The position numbers and the translations under genes were made by a program. Shown piece after piece: positions 46,116-56,536 of a stretch of DNA of 64,000 nt. Position 1 is the stretch's first letter, and each line of letters begins with the position of its first letter. This stretch comes from Minisyncoccota bacterium (GTDB taxonomy: Bacteria > Patescibacteriota > Minisyncoccia > UBA6257 > GWB1-50-10), in contig JAGVBB010000003.1 in NCBI GenBank assembly GCA_020059915.1, positions 160,610 through 224,609 on the forward strand, given 5' to 3'. The notes below the pieces were generated by a model. The model saw only the letters and a list, made by a program, of their open reading frames with translations. It was not told the origin of the DNA and did not search any database.

Positions 46116-46931
46116 TTAGGGACAGGTAACACTTGCTGTCGTGAGAGTCCCCCCATTAGCAACCGTGACCCGATAACAGGTAGCATCAGGCGCTTTTAAG
46201 ATGATTCCTTTAGCCGAATCCATAAACGACACATCACCATTTACCTTAATTCCAGACGCAAGACCGGAAATATCTGATGGCTGAGTCCCCACCCCCAGTT
46301 TTCCGATAATATTTACCGCCCCCTCAAAAAAAGCATTTTTCCATGTCGATCCAGTTCCCCCAAGGTTCAACACATTTGATGTATTAGGAAGTAAATCTGA
46401 ATCGAATGTTGCTGCAGAAATTCTCGTTATTGCTCCACGCCAAAATCTAGTAACCCTTGCTCTATCTACTGTCGTATTTGTTGAAAGAGCAAGATCAATT
46501 TGTATAATGGCATTTCCTCCAGGATTTTCAAATTTTGTTGCAGAAAAAGAATCAACAACAACTTTGTTATTAGTGAGTTGTACCGCTTGGTTTGTTCCTT
46601 GTTGTAACATAATTGCACCTGCTGTTTGATCCCAATAAACGCGTGTTGGATCTGTTGAAGATGCAGTAGTACGGAGCAATATAGTGGAGCTTGCAACCCC
46701 AGCATTATTTTCAATCAAACTCGCTTCCCGTACAAAACGTTGTGTCGTATTACTCACAAAAGAAATTTGTTGTGCCACTTCATTTGTTGATGTCTGTTTT
46801 ATCTGAGTCTGAGTAATTGATGTAAGAATATTAACTAAAAAAACGGCGCTCACAGAAAAGATTGCCGCATAAATAAGAAGCTCAATAAGAGTGAAACCAG
46901 AATTTCTATCCTTGAATCTCAATAGCTCCAT
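46116..46931 (-). CDS. Type IV pilin-like / pseudopilin protein with prepilin leader
   Basis: Leader MELLRFKDRNSG followed by FTLIELLIYAAIFSV (class III signal with G|FTLIEL). The start is taken at the internal M at 46931. Confidence 0.65.
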   Translation of the reverse strand: MELLRFKDRNSGFTLIELLIYAAIFSVSAVFLVNILTSITQTQIKQTSTNEVAQQISFVSNTTQRFVREASLIENNAGVASSTILLRTTASSTDPTRVYWDQTAGAIMLQQGTNQAVQLTNNKVVVDSFSATKFENPGGNAIIQIDLALSTNTTVDRARVTRFWRGAITRISAATFDSDLLPNTSNVLNLGGTGSTWKNAFFEGAVNIIGKLGVGTQPSDISGLASGIKVNGDVSFMDSAKGIILKAPDATCYRVTVANGGTLTTASVTCP

Positions 46932-46951
46932 TATATTTAGTATACTAAACA

Positions 46952-47737
46952 TCATTTAAAATACACACGGTTTGATACACGTAAATCAATATAGGTAAGT
47001 TTTTCAAGTTGTGTCCTCTCAAAGACACCCTTGAATACTGAATCAAGATCTTCCGGGATGGTATTAAAACTAAAGCGGACAGAAAATCCATTTGGCGCTA
47101 CTGTCGCCCACTCTTTGAGCTCTTTATTTTGTAAGACAACCTCGGAAACAGGAATATTATTTTTTTTCACATGCTCTACTGCGTGGCTCATTAATCGAAA
47201 TTCCTCACTACTCAACACTGAAGATCCAAGAGAAACGGGTGTATTATTTTCATCCCGAATTTTTAGTATAAGAGAACCAGAGACATCAGGAGCATGTGCG
47301 AACAATATTCCATCTTCATCAAATACAAAACAGCCATTTAAAACACACCACACCCCCCTCATCACTCTCGGGGTTACGTCTGCGATAACCGTTTTTTCCT
47401 CAATATTACTAGTTACATTAATCGACGAGGCAAGAGGAAGAAATGAGGGAGATTTTATTTCCCCGTCATGACTCATCCAAAAAACAATTCTGTCGTGCGC
47501 TGGGGAAAAAAATGAATCCTGTGATGTTGCATAGTCCATAATTGCACTACGCACCTCTTCTACATCAGAAACACCTCGCACTAAAAACTCATTAACCCTA
47601 AACAGCGGGCTCCAATAATATAAATAAGCAAAAAAACCAAATATACAAAGGATGGTAAAAGTGATAATAAGAGTAATATGCACCCTTCTTTTTTTTGAAC
47701 CTGATTTATCTGTCTTAACAAATACTTGATCTTTCAT
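46952..47737 (-). CDS. Hypothetical bitopic membrane protein (possible FtsQ/DivIB-like)
   Basis: Cytoplasmic basic N-terminus, one TM, and a periplasmic alpha/beta domain; weak resemblance only. Confidence 0.35.
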   Translation of the reverse strand: MKDQVFVKTDKSGSKKRRVHITLIITFTILCIFGFFAYLYYWSPLFRVNEFLVRGVSDVEEVRSAIMDYATSQDSFFSPAHDRIVFWMSHDGEIKSPSFLPLASSINVTSNIEEKTVIADVTPRVMRGVWCVLNGCFVFDEDGILFAHAPDVSGSLILKIRDENNTPVSLGSSVLSSEEFRLMSHAVEHVKKNNIPVSEVVLQNKELKEWATVAPNGFSVRFSFNTIPEDLDSVFKGVFERTQLEKLTYIDLRVSNRVYFK

Positions 47738-47745
47738 TGGAATAA

Positions 47746-48435
47746 TTAATACACACGTATAGGAAATGAATACTCCGTTGTAGTTGATCCACTAGTAATC
47801 AAAAATTTTACACTATAATCCCCTTTGTGTTTCCAAGTATGACTTATTAGTTTTATATTTCCACTTGTTCCACTTCCCACGTCTTTATTTCCGTCTCCCC
47901 AATCAACTTCATATGAAACATTAGAGTTTATAGAAAATACCATAGGCGTGTCCTCTCCGACAATAATAGATGTGGATGATGGCGGTTGGAAATAAACAGA
48001 ACTTGTTGGTGCTGGAATCTCATTTGAATTTACGGAAGATCCACCCTGGTAATAGTTTTGAATAATACTTGGAACAGTAACAGGATTTATTTTTATGACA
48101 TCGGTTCCAGCAAGACTATTTCCAAGATTTGCAATAGTATCTCCAAGTGAAGATACTCCCTCTCCTATTTTTTCTTTAACAAAATCAAGGATTCCATTTT
48201 TTGCCTCTTCAACTACCTGATCGGTATATTCTTCCGCTTTTTCTTTTATTTCTGCGGTTTGCCCCTCTACAAAACTTTTTGCTTTCTGGGTCGTACTTGC
48301 GACCGTCCCCTGCACATTATCAGTTTTTGATTTCAACAAATCAGTATCCCACCATTTCGTATATGTCTGGTATCCAAAATACCCAACCACAGAGAGGATA
48401 ATTACCCACAATACAAATTTTACAAATCCATTCAC
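47746..48435 (-). CDS. Membrane-anchored protein with coiled coil and C-terminal PKD-like domain
   Basis: N-terminal TM; C-terminal VDWGDGNKDVGSGTSGNIKLISHTWKHKGDYSVKF matches the PKD fold consensus (WxFGDG...H.Y...G.Y.V). Confidence 0.5.
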   Translation of the reverse strand: MNGFVKFVLWVIILSVVGYFGYQTYTKWWDTDLLKSKTDNVQGTVASTTQKAKSFVEGQTAEIKEKAEEYTDQVVEEAKNGILDFVKEKIGEGVSSLGDTIANLGNSLAGTDVIKINPVTVPSIIQNYYQGGSSVNSNEIPAPTSSVYFQPPSSTSIIVGEDTPMVFSINSNVSYEVDWGDGNKDVGSGTSGNIKLISHTWKHKGDYSVKFLITSGSTTTEYSFPIRVY

Positions 48436-48599
48436 ATACTTATTTTAGCACGAATGAGTATATATGTTGTCCTCCATATAAAAACAATCCAACATAAATA
48501 TTGGACTGTTTTTTATAATATGTAATTATCTAATTTTTCAGCCCTGGACTAATCCACCTCGGGCGGAATATTTTGAGATCGTTTAGAGTCTAGTATTTT

Positions 48600-49862
48600 T
48601 TAGTCAATGACTTCTTTTCCTAGATATGCCTGTAATACTGTTGGAACCTTTATTGTCCCGTCTTTCTGTTGATTATTTTCAATAATAGCAATAATCGTTC
48701 TTCCAATTGCAAATGCCGTCGCATTTAACATGTGCACTAATTCTTTCTTTCCCTCTTTTGTTTTGTACTTAATATTTGTTCCCCGTGACTGAAAATCGGT
48801 GGTATTTGAACATGAATTTGTCTCGCGATATGTCCCCTGTCCTGGCATCCATGCTTCAATATCAAATTGTCGTGCATCGGTCCATCCCATATCTCCCGTA
48901 CATAGTTCAATAACACGATAAGGAATTTCAAGTTTTTTCCACAATGTTTCCTGACAATCTAAAAGAAACTTATGTTCATCTTCTGATGTATGCGGATTTG
49001 AGAATGAAAAAAGTTCAACCTTATCAAACTGATGTACTCGCAAAATTCCTTTTGTATCTTTTCCATAAGTTCCTGCCTCTCTCCTAAAGCAGGTAGAAAA
49101 GGCAACGTATCTTCGTGGTAATGTCCCTTCTTCTAGAACCTCATTCATATGAATTGGACCCATAGTATGTTCAGAACTCCCCACAAGATACAAATCATCT
49201 TTCTCAAAATAATATCGCTCATCTTTTTGATCTGCGGCCAATCTCCCCATTCCTTCATAGACATCTGGTTTTATCATTACTGGCGGAACAGCAGGAGTAA
49301 ACCCGCGCTCTAACAATATATCCATTGCAAGCTTTACCAATGCAAATTCCAATAGCACTGCATCCTTCAATAAATATCCAAAACGACTTCCAGAAACTTC
49401 TGCAGCTTTTTTAACATTTATAATCCCAAGTTTTTCTCCAAGAGCCAGATAGTCCAACGGCTTGAAGCCCTCTTTCTCAAAATCTCTTCTTTCTCCTACT
49501 TCTCTCAATACTTTATTCTCTGTCTCATCCTTCCCGACAATTACGTCATCAAATGGCATATTGGGAATACGAGAAAGAATATCGCTCCGCTTTTTTTCAA
49601 GCTCTGCGCGTTCAGTTTCGAGCTCTGCAATTCTTTTTTTCATCACCTGCGCCTTGTTCACCATATCTTCACTTCTTCCTACCGAAAGTTGCTTCGAAAG
49701 TGCGTTTTGTTCCGCACGCAATGTTTCAAATGCCAAAATCTTTGTACGTAGTTCTTCATCGGCATGCAAAAATTTATCAACAAGTTTTGAATCCTGTCTC
49801 TTCTTTTCCATCCCTTTTTTGACCTTATCAACGTTTTCACGAATATATTGAATATCTAACAT
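48600..49862 (-). CDS. serS: Seryl-tRNA synthetase
   Basis: N-terminal coiled-coil arm plus class II core motifs (FRREAGTYGKDTKGILRVHQFDKVE). Confidence 0.9.
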   Translation of the reverse strand: MLDIQYIRENVDKVKKGMEKKRQDSKLVDKFLHADEELRTKILAFETLRAEQNALSKQLSVGRSEDMVNKAQVMKKRIAELETERAELEKKRSDILSRIPNMPFDDVIVGKDETENKVLREVGERRDFEKEGFKPLDYLALGEKLGIINVKKAAEVSGSRFGYLLKDAVLLEFALVKLAMDILLERGFTPAVPPVMIKPDVYEGMGRLAADQKDERYYFEKDDLYLVGSSEHTMGPIHMNEVLEEGTLPRRYVAFSTCFRREAGTYGKDTKGILRVHQFDKVELFSFSNPHTSEDEHKFLLDCQETLWKKLEIPYRVIELCTGDMGWTDARQFDIEAWMPGQGTYRETNSCSNTTDFQSRGTNIKYKTKEGKKELVHMLNATAFAIGRTIIAIIENNQQKDGTIKVPTVLQAYLGKEVID

Positions 49863-49965
49863 GTTTTTATTGTTTTTTTGAGTTATAAGTTACGACTAAC
49901 ATAATTTCAGATAAAAGACTTTCGTGAATCAACAGCATCAATAAATGAACGTAATTTTCCTAATT

Positions 49966-50307
49966 TCATACTGTTTCTAAATGTTTTTTGTGCCTTTCTT
50001 CGATAATTTTTATTTTCTTCTCAATTGCATCTTCAAGATCAACGCCCATAGCATGTGCAAGCAAAGCACATACAATGATAACATCAGCGAATTCCCCTGA
50101 AATTTTTTCTTTACTTAATACTTCTAATTTTTCCTTCCGTTGAAATGAACAATGCGAAAGGATCATTTCACTAAGCTCTCCAACCTCCTCGGAGAGTTTT
50201 ACCGTACGCGCAAGAAGACGCTTTTCTTCATCCTCATAATTTCCATGCATGCTTCTCAGCCGTGTATCTTCGGCTTGAATAAATAAACTTAATTCCTTAA
50301 GAGTCAT
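49966..50307 (-). CDS. MazG-like nucleotide pyrophosphohydrolase domain protein
   Basis: EEVGELSEMIL...GEFADVIIVCALLAHAMGVDLEDAIEKKIKIIEER MazG/NTP-PPase helical motif. Confidence 0.55.
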   Translation of the reverse strand: MTLKELSLFIQAEDTRLRSMHGNYEDEEKRLLARTVKLSEEVGELSEMILSHCSFQRKEKLEVLSKEKISGEFADVIIVCALLAHAMGVDLEDAIEKKIKIIEERHKKHLETV

Positions 50308-50309
50308 GA

Positions 50310-51752
50310 TTACTCTTGCCTCATAAGAGGAAATATAACCGTTTCTCGAATCGGCCTATTCATGATTACGGAAAACAATCGCTCAGACAAACCAAAGCCC
50401 GCTGCCGGTGGCATACCATATTCAAGTGCCTCAAGAAAATCATTATCAATTCTTTGTGCTTCACTATCTCCTGCTTCTCGTAATTTCATCTGATCTTCAA
50501 ATCGCGCGCGCTGATCTATTGGATCGTTCAATTCAGAAAATCCCTTTCCCAATTCTGTTCCACCCGCCATTATTTGAAATCGTTCTACGCGTCCCTCATC
50601 TTTCTCACTTCGTTTTGCAAGTGGTTCTATGTCAACAGGAGGATTCACGAGAAAACAGGGCTGTAGGAGAAATGGACGAACAGTTTTTTTGTAAATTAAA
50701 TCAATGAGACGCCCACGACCCAGGTTTGGTTCCATTCTTATGCCCAACTCCTGTGCTCTTCTTTGTAAGTCAGAAATAGTTGCTTTTGTAAGATCCACAT
50801 TGGTTTTTTCTTTGAAAATTTCATAATAATCAACTTGTGGCCACTCACCACTCCAATCAATGTCCATATCCTGATACGTTGTTATATATCCACCAGTTAT
50901 CTGTTTCACTGTCTCCTGATACATCCTCCGAGTAAGATCCATCATATTATTATAATCAGCATATGCCCAATAGCACTCCATTTGTGTATAATCTTGAAGA
51001 TGTTCTCTGTCGATCCCCTCATTTCTAAAAATTCTCCCAATTTCAAAAACTTTTTCGTAGCCACCAACTAATAATCGCTTCAACGGTAATTCAAGAGAAA
51101 TGCGTAAATAAAAATCTGTATCGAGTGCATTATGATGAGTAACAAATGGTTCTGCCTCTGCACCACCAGGTACCGGCTCCAAAACAGCCGTTTCAACCTC
51201 GTGAAACTCCTCTTTTTTGAGAAAATTTCTAATTGTCGTCCAAAAAATATCCTTTTTAATAAAAAGGTCACGAATTTCTTGATGGGTAATTAAATCTAAA
51301 TAACGTTTTCGTAAACGAGTTTCAATGTCTTCAATTCCATACCATTCAGATGGAATTGGACGAATACTTTTTCCAATAATACGGGCCTGGGAAGGAAGGA
51401 TGCTTTTCTCCCCACGTTTTGTAGAGAATAAGGTCCCAGATACTTCCAAAAAATCCCCCATATCAAGCGTCTCTTGGATAAGAGAAAAATCTTTTAATTC
51501 CGCCTCATTGAGAACCACCTGAATTTTTCCCCGTTCATCTTTTAAATCACAAAAAATAATTTTTCCTTGATCACGTAGTGCGGTAATTCTTCCCACCAAA
51601 GAAATTGATTTTTTCTCCTCTGAGAGGGTATCAAATTGCTCTATTGCAACAGAAATACTCATATCGCGGGTTACGCGTGCGGGATATGCACTTGCAACCT
51701 TGGAATACGCTTTTAATTTCTTTTTTCGTTCATCAATAATATGATCAAGCAT
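50310..51752 (-). CDS. lysS: Lysyl-tRNA synthetase (class II)
   Basis: OB anticodon-binding domain plus class II motifs (FRNEGIDREH, GGTELGKGFSELNDP). Confidence 0.9.
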   Translation of the reverse strand: MLDHIIDERKKKLKAYSKVASAYPARVTRDMSISVAIEQFDTLSEEKKSISLVGRITALRDQGKIIFCDLKDERGKIQVVLNEAELKDFSLIQETLDMGDFLEVSGTLFSTKRGEKSILPSQARIIGKSIRPIPSEWYGIEDIETRLRKRYLDLITHQEIRDLFIKKDIFWTTIRNFLKKEEFHEVETAVLEPVPGGAEAEPFVTHHNALDTDFYLRISLELPLKRLLVGGYEKVFEIGRIFRNEGIDREHLQDYTQMECYWAYADYNNMMDLTRRMYQETVKQITGGYITTYQDMDIDWSGEWPQVDYYEIFKEKTNVDLTKATISDLQRRAQELGIRMEPNLGRGRLIDLIYKKTVRPFLLQPCFLVNPPVDIEPLAKRSEKDEGRVERFQIMAGGTELGKGFSELNDPIDQRARFEDQMKLREAGDSEAQRIDNDFLEALEYGMPPAAGFGLSERLFSVIMNRPIRETVIFPLMRQE

Positions 51753-51757
51753 AAATA

Positions 51758-52228
51758 TTACTCAATTGAAAGAATTTGGTATTCAACCGTCAAACCATTT
51801 GGAGTCACAATAGTAACTTTGTCTCCATCCTTCTTTCCAATGAGTGCTTGTCCAATTGGTGATTCGTTTGAAATCAAACCTTCCGTCGGTTTTGATTCAT
51901 TTGATCCAACAATAGTAAATACTCTCTTCTCTCCACCTTTTTTAACAGTAACCCTTGATCCCACACGAATTCCGCCAGAACTATTTCCTGTTTTTTCAAT
52001 GATTGCAGAACTCCGAAGTAGATCCTCAAGTTCAGCTATTTTCCCCTCAAGTCGAGCCTGCTCATCGCGTGCTTCCTGATATTCAGAATTCTCCGAGAGA
52101 TCACCCAATTCCTTTGCGTGTTTTAAACGCTCAGCAACCGTACGCCTCCCCTCGAGCTTCAAACCCTCAAGCTCAGATATAATTTCCTCATATCGCTCTT
52201 TTGTAAGATAATTTTTCTTTATTGCCAT
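51758..52228 (-). CDS. greA: Transcription elongation factor GreA
   Basis: GreA N-terminal coiled coil (YLTKERYEEIISELEGLK) and C-terminal FKBP-like domain. Confidence 0.85.
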   Translation of the reverse strand: MAIKKNYLTKERYEEIISELEGLKLEGRRTVAERLKHAKELGDLSENSEYQEARDEQARLEGKIAELEDLLRSSAIIEKTGNSSGGIRVGSRVTVKKGGEKRVFTIVGSNESKPTEGLISNESPIGQALIGKKDGDKVTIVTPNGLTVEYQILSIE

Positions 52229-52246
52229 ATTATTTATATTTCGAAA

Positions 52247-54121
52247 TTAAGGAGATGTAGACCCCTTAAGACGATTATTATAGTACCACAGGAGAACATC
52301 CCTGGCTACTGGAGTTGCATTTAGACTCCCCTCTAGAGAATCCTCAATAAGAATAAGAATTGCAATTCTTGGATTGTCCGCCGGCGCATATCCAACAAAA
52401 AATGCATTCGTCTTTCTATTATTTTGAACCTGTGCAGTTCCTGACTTTGCCGCAATACTCATGGGAATATCATGTAACAAGTATGCGGTTCCATACGGCA
52501 TATCAACAGTGTCTTTCATTGCCTCTTGAACCTCATGAAGAACATCTTTTGAAATTGATGTTCTTAGGTCTTTCAACACGCTTGGTTGTGTCTTCAAAAA
52601 TTCGTTTTGTGATGAATCAAAAATACTTTCAACAATTCTTGGTTTATAAAGAATACCTCCATTTGCAATTGCACTAATATAATTAAGAAGTCCAATAGGA
52701 GTAATTGAAAAATCACCCTGTCCAATAGAAACGTGGTATGTGTCACCCAATCTCCATGGTACTCCTGTTTCCTCCTCTTTCCATTCTGGGTCGGGAAGAA
52801 AACCCGTCTTTTCCCCAGGAAGATCAATATTTGTTTTTTCAGAGAACCCAAATAGCTCCCACCATTTTTTCAATGTATATATACCAAGACCTTTTTGATT
52901 CTGAAAACCTCCACCAAGAATATAAAAATAGACATTACTCGATCGGGCAATTGCAGAGCGAACATTCACCCATCCATGTGCCTTATTATCGGGAAACCGC
53001 GATGGTAATGATGGGTTATACGGATTCGGTATCTCTAACATCCCAGAAGAGAAAAAACTTGTTGTTGGAGTAACGAGACCTTCAGCAAGCCCCGCTACCG
53101 CTACTAATGGTTTTATAGTAGATCCTGGATTGTATACACCACTTATTGTCCTACTAAATAATGGTCTGCGCGCGTCAACAAGCGCATTTCCTATTTTTTG
53201 AGAATTGAAACCTGGCACACTGGTAAGCGCAAGCACTTCCCCATTTTGTGGATTAATTGCAATACCGATACCAACATCCCTTCCTAAGTGAATTAGCTGT
53301 TCTTTTAATTTTGTGTAAAAATATTCTTGAAACTCAGAATCAATGAATGTTGAAATATCTTTACCTGGTTTTGGTTCCCGTTCAATTTTTTCATTTTTTA
53401 TTTCTCCTTTTGCGGTCTTATAAAGAACCTCTTTTCCATTTATACCTCTCAAAAAATTGTCATAATACATCTCAAGTCCAGATCTTCCAATCTGATCATC
53501 AATAGTTAATTCTTCATTTTTTTGTATATCTTTTGCGTTGACCAACCCCGTATATCCAATAAGTTCCGAAAATGCGAAAGGAACGGTGTGTGCCCTCTTA
53601 AAACTTTCTTCTATTGAAATTCCCAAATATTCAGAAGAAGAAAGTGCAACCAATTGATCTTGTGTTATATCATCTGAAAGAAGCATCTTACCAGAAATTG
53701 TCCAATCTTTTTTTTCTATTTTATTTAGTATCTCCCATTCCGATATATTCAAAATACTGGCAACACGCCGAATCGCCTCACTTCTCTTCTCTTTCTCAAC
53801 AGGGAGTTTATTTGGGATTAAATACACATTAAACGCCGGAGCGTTTTCTGTCATTGCAACATCAAATCGATCATATACTATTCCTCGGGGAGAATGTTTT
53901 ACTTTTGTATCAGAAACATTATCGAGTGCGCGTTCAGTATATAATGTGCGCTTCCCCACATTCAACCAAAAAAGGTCGCCAATCACAATCCCAATCACAA
54001 GTGAAACAATGATAATATAGATGAAAAATGTATGTTCTTGGATGGGAACCTCCCGCGTGCTTCCCTCAACTTCTCTATCTGATAGAATTTCTTCAAATTC
54101 AATTGTTCTTTTGTGCTTCAT
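52247..54121 (-). CDS. mrdA: Penicillin-binding protein 2 (elongasome transpeptidase)
   Basis: PBP dimerisation plus transpeptidase domain (STIKP, KSGTA); immediately downstream of mreBCD. Confidence 0.8.
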   Translation of the reverse strand: MKHKRTIEFEEILSDREVEGSTREVPIQEHTFFIYIIIVSLVIGIVIGDLFWLNVGKRTLYTERALDNVSDTKVKHSPRGIVYDRFDVAMTENAPAFNVYLIPNKLPVEKEKRSEAIRRVASILNISEWEILNKIEKKDWTISGKMLLSDDITQDQLVALSSSEYLGISIEESFKRAHTVPFAFSELIGYTGLVNAKDIQKNEELTIDDQIGRSGLEMYYDNFLRGINGKEVLYKTAKGEIKNEKIEREPKPGKDISTFIDSEFQEYFYTKLKEQLIHLGRDVGIGIAINPQNGEVLALTSVPGFNSQKIGNALVDARRPLFSRTISGVYNPGSTIKPLVAVAGLAEGLVTPTTSFFSSGMLEIPNPYNPSLPSRFPDNKAHGWVNVRSAIARSSNVYFYILGGGFQNQKGLGIYTLKKWWELFGFSEKTNIDLPGEKTGFLPDPEWKEEETGVPWRLGDTYHVSIGQGDFSITPIGLLNYISAIANGGILYKPRIVESIFDSSQNEFLKTQPSVLKDLRTSISKDVLHEVQEAMKDTVDMPYGTAYLLHDIPMSIAAKSGTAQVQNNRKTNAFFVGYAPADNPRIAILILIEDSLEGSLNATPVARDVLLWYYNNRLKGSTSP

Positions 54122-54594
54122 GCTTGGACAATTGGATTGTGTCTAAGATACGGCCGAAGCATTACATACAAAAGAATACTCCATATACCATTAAAAAATA
54201 TTTCGTATAATACCCCCACTACAAAAAATGGAGAATCGGTAAAAATAATATGTAATATTAAAAATAATACAGTTCCTAATGAAGATAATATAAGAATATC
54301 TCCAACCATATTTCCAAAAAGGAACCTCCTTAGTATAAGCATACAAATCACAGAACAGATAATAAATATGTATTCTATTACCCAAAATTGATAGAAATAG
54401 AAAGAAAACAAGAATAATAAAAAAAGCATTCCAAACAGAGCAAAATTTCTAACTTTGTGAACAATAAGCACAGAAAAGATGGCAAATAATAAATTTGGAT
54501 TTACGTCAAAAAAATTGAAAATGCGTGAATGCATAACAATTAAAAGACTGATGAGAATGATACAAAAAGAAAAAAAATAAATAAGTGTGCGCAT
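54118..54594 (-). CDS. mreD: Rod shape-determining protein MreD-like membrane protein
   Basis: Small polytopic membrane protein in the conserved position between mreC and pbp2. Confidence 0.5.
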   Translation of the reverse strand: MRTLIYFFSFCIILISLLIVMHSRIFNFFDVNPNLLFAIFSVLIVHKVRNFALFGMLFLLFLFSFYFYQFWVIEYIFIICSVICMLILRRFLFGNMVGDILILSSLGTVLFLILHIIFTDSPFFVVGVLYEIFFNGIWSILLYVMLRPYLRHNPIVQA

Positions 54595-54599
54595 AACAT

Positions 54600-55301
54600 T
54601 TATGGAAATTGCGTAAGAATAAGAACAGAATCAACTGCATCCAAAGAAAAAGGTGTCTCAACATCAGCAATTTGCCAGAGCTTCTTTTCGTCTTCTTGTA
54701 TTGACCGTATGTTACCAATAAATGATCTCATGGGAAATTCTGGGGCAGAATTTAAGATCTCATCTCCATTAAAAACAGATGCGTCCTTGGGTATAAATTC
54801 TATTCCTGGTGTATTCCCCCCTTGAAGAACCGCCCGCACACTACTAGTGCCAATAACAACACTTGTTTTCCATGAAGGATCAAAAATAGTTTGTACTTCA
54901 CTTTGTGTTTTATGAACAGAAATAACTTTTCCAAAAATAATACCCTTTTTAAACATAACGGGCATACCAACATCAATACCATCATCGCTTCCCTTATCAA
55001 TGATAATATGCACCTTATCATTAAATGGATATGTGGAGTATACAAATGCAGAAATTACTCCATCATCTTTTTTATTACGAACACCTAACTTGAGATTAAG
55101 TAAATCAATTTGTTTTTGTAATGATATGTTTTCTGCTTCAATATCTTGTATTTTTTTTACATCATAAGAAGGACCAAAAATTCCATATACTATATCGCGT
55201 AAACCCACAATAAAATCTCGCGCCTCGCCTCGAAAGAAGATAAGAGCAACTATCATGACAATAAGAAAAATTCCTTGGAATAATATACGGGTTGTCTTCA
55301 T
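54600..55301 (-). CDS. mreC: Rod shape-determining protein MreC
   Basis: N-terminal TM, coiled coil, and beta-rich MreC domain; position downstream of mreB. Confidence 0.75.
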   Translation of the reverse strand: MKTTRILFQGIFLIVMIVALIFFRGEARDFIVGLRDIVYGIFGPSYDVKKIQDIEAENISLQKQIDLLNLKLGVRNKKDDGVISAFVYSTYPFNDKVHIIIDKGSDDGIDVGMPVMFKKGIIFGKVISVHKTQSEVQTIFDPSWKTSVVIGTSSVRAVLQGGNTPGIEFIPKDASVFNGDEILNSAPEFPMRSFIGNIRSIQEDEKKLWQIADVETPFSLDAVDSVLILTQFP

Positions 55302-55489
55302 CCCGTTAGAGACAGGAAATGTTTATGTGACAAGAATTAATCACACAAGCACTTGCTGTATTGTATTGCGACTGATGTTGGTTATTGGTATATATCATAA
55401 ACATTTCCGTGGTGATTATGCTTTATATATTGAGTAGAGATAGTAATGAGAATGAATATTATCTATTCATAAATCGTCTCTAACGGGAT
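55302..55489. repeat. About 185-bp intercistronic segment bracketed by 13-17-bp inverted repeats (cccgttagagac ... gtctctaacggg) with an inner IR (ggaaatgtttatg/cataaacatttcc)
   Basis: The outer IR arms are at 55302-55314 and 55476-55488. The left arm abuts the mreC start codon. Confidence 0.45.
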
Positions 55490-55510
55490 TCATATAGATT
55501 TGTCCCCAAA

Positions 55511-56536
55511 CTACTCATCAAGTTTTAAACGAGAAAAATTGTTCAATAAGTGCTTGTGAGTATCAAATTTTTCGCACACAAGACCGGTTCCCCGTGCAAC
55601 ACACGCAAGTGGGTCATCAACAATCTGCACACGAACTCCTATTTCTTTTTCAGCAACGGTGTCTATCCCTCGCAACAAACTACCTCCTCCACAAAAAAAC
55701 ATACCATTTTTATAAATATCACCAACAAGCTCTGGTGGAGCAGATTCAATGAGATCTTTTATAGCTTCAATAATTTGTTTAATAGGTCTGATAAGCCACA
55801 AACGAACCTGGGTATCACGAATACTAATTTCGCGAGGCAACCCAGAAGCAACATCCCTTCCCCGAACAATTATCTCAAGACGCTCCCCTGTTGGTATCAC
55901 AGATCCTACTGCAATCTTAATTTCTTCTGCGGTCGGTTCGCCAATATGAAGACGTAGTTCATCGCGAACTCCTTTTATAATTTCCTGATTTAAATAATCG
56001 CCCGCTATCTTGAGACGGCGAGAAACAACTATTCCATTCATTGAAATAATTGCCATATCTGTTGTACCCGCTCCAATATCAACAACAAGAAATGCAGATG
56101 GCATATTGATATCAAGCCGGCTTCCAAATGCTGCAGCAAGTGGTTGTTCAATGAGATACACAGAATTTGCACCAGATTCCTTTAATAAATCCTCAACAGA
56201 TTTTCTTTCAACCTCGGTAAGGTTTGTTGGAATACTTACAATCGTCTCCGTTATCCAAGACCAAGGAATATTGTCTTGTTTAAGAAAGCTTTGTAATAGT
56301 TCCTTCACCATATCAAAATCAGCAATTACTCCATTCATAATTGGACGAAGTGCGGTGATGTGAGCGGGAGTTCTTGCGAGCATTTTTTTTGCCTCATTCC
56401 CAACCGCCACAACGCGGTCTGTCCTATTGTTACAAGCAACTATTGTTGGCTCATTCACTACCACGCCAGACCCCTTGAGATATATTTGGGTTGTATCTGT
56501 TCCAAGATCAATTCCAATTATTTTTTTGAATATCAT
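55511..56536 (-). CDS. mreB: Rod shape-determining protein MreB
   Basis: Actin-fold motifs (IGIDLGT, DIGAGTTD, GGGSLLRG). Confidence 0.9.
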   Translation of the reverse strand: MIFKKIIGIDLGTDTTQIYLKGSGVVVNEPTIVACNNRTDRVVAVGNEAKKMLARTPAHITALRPIMNGVIADFDMVKELLQSFLKQDNIPWSWITETIVSIPTNLTEVERKSVEDLLKESGANSVYLIEQPLAAAFGSRLDINMPSAFLVVDIGAGTTDMAIISMNGIVVSRRLKIAGDYLNQEIIKGVRDELRLHIGEPTAEEIKIAVGSVIPTGERLEIIVRGRDVASGLPREISIRDTQVRLWLIRPIKQIIEAIKDLIESAPPELVGDIYKNGMFFCGGGSLLRGIDTVAEKEIGVRVQIVDDPLACVARGTGLVCEKFDTHKHLLNNFSRLKLDE

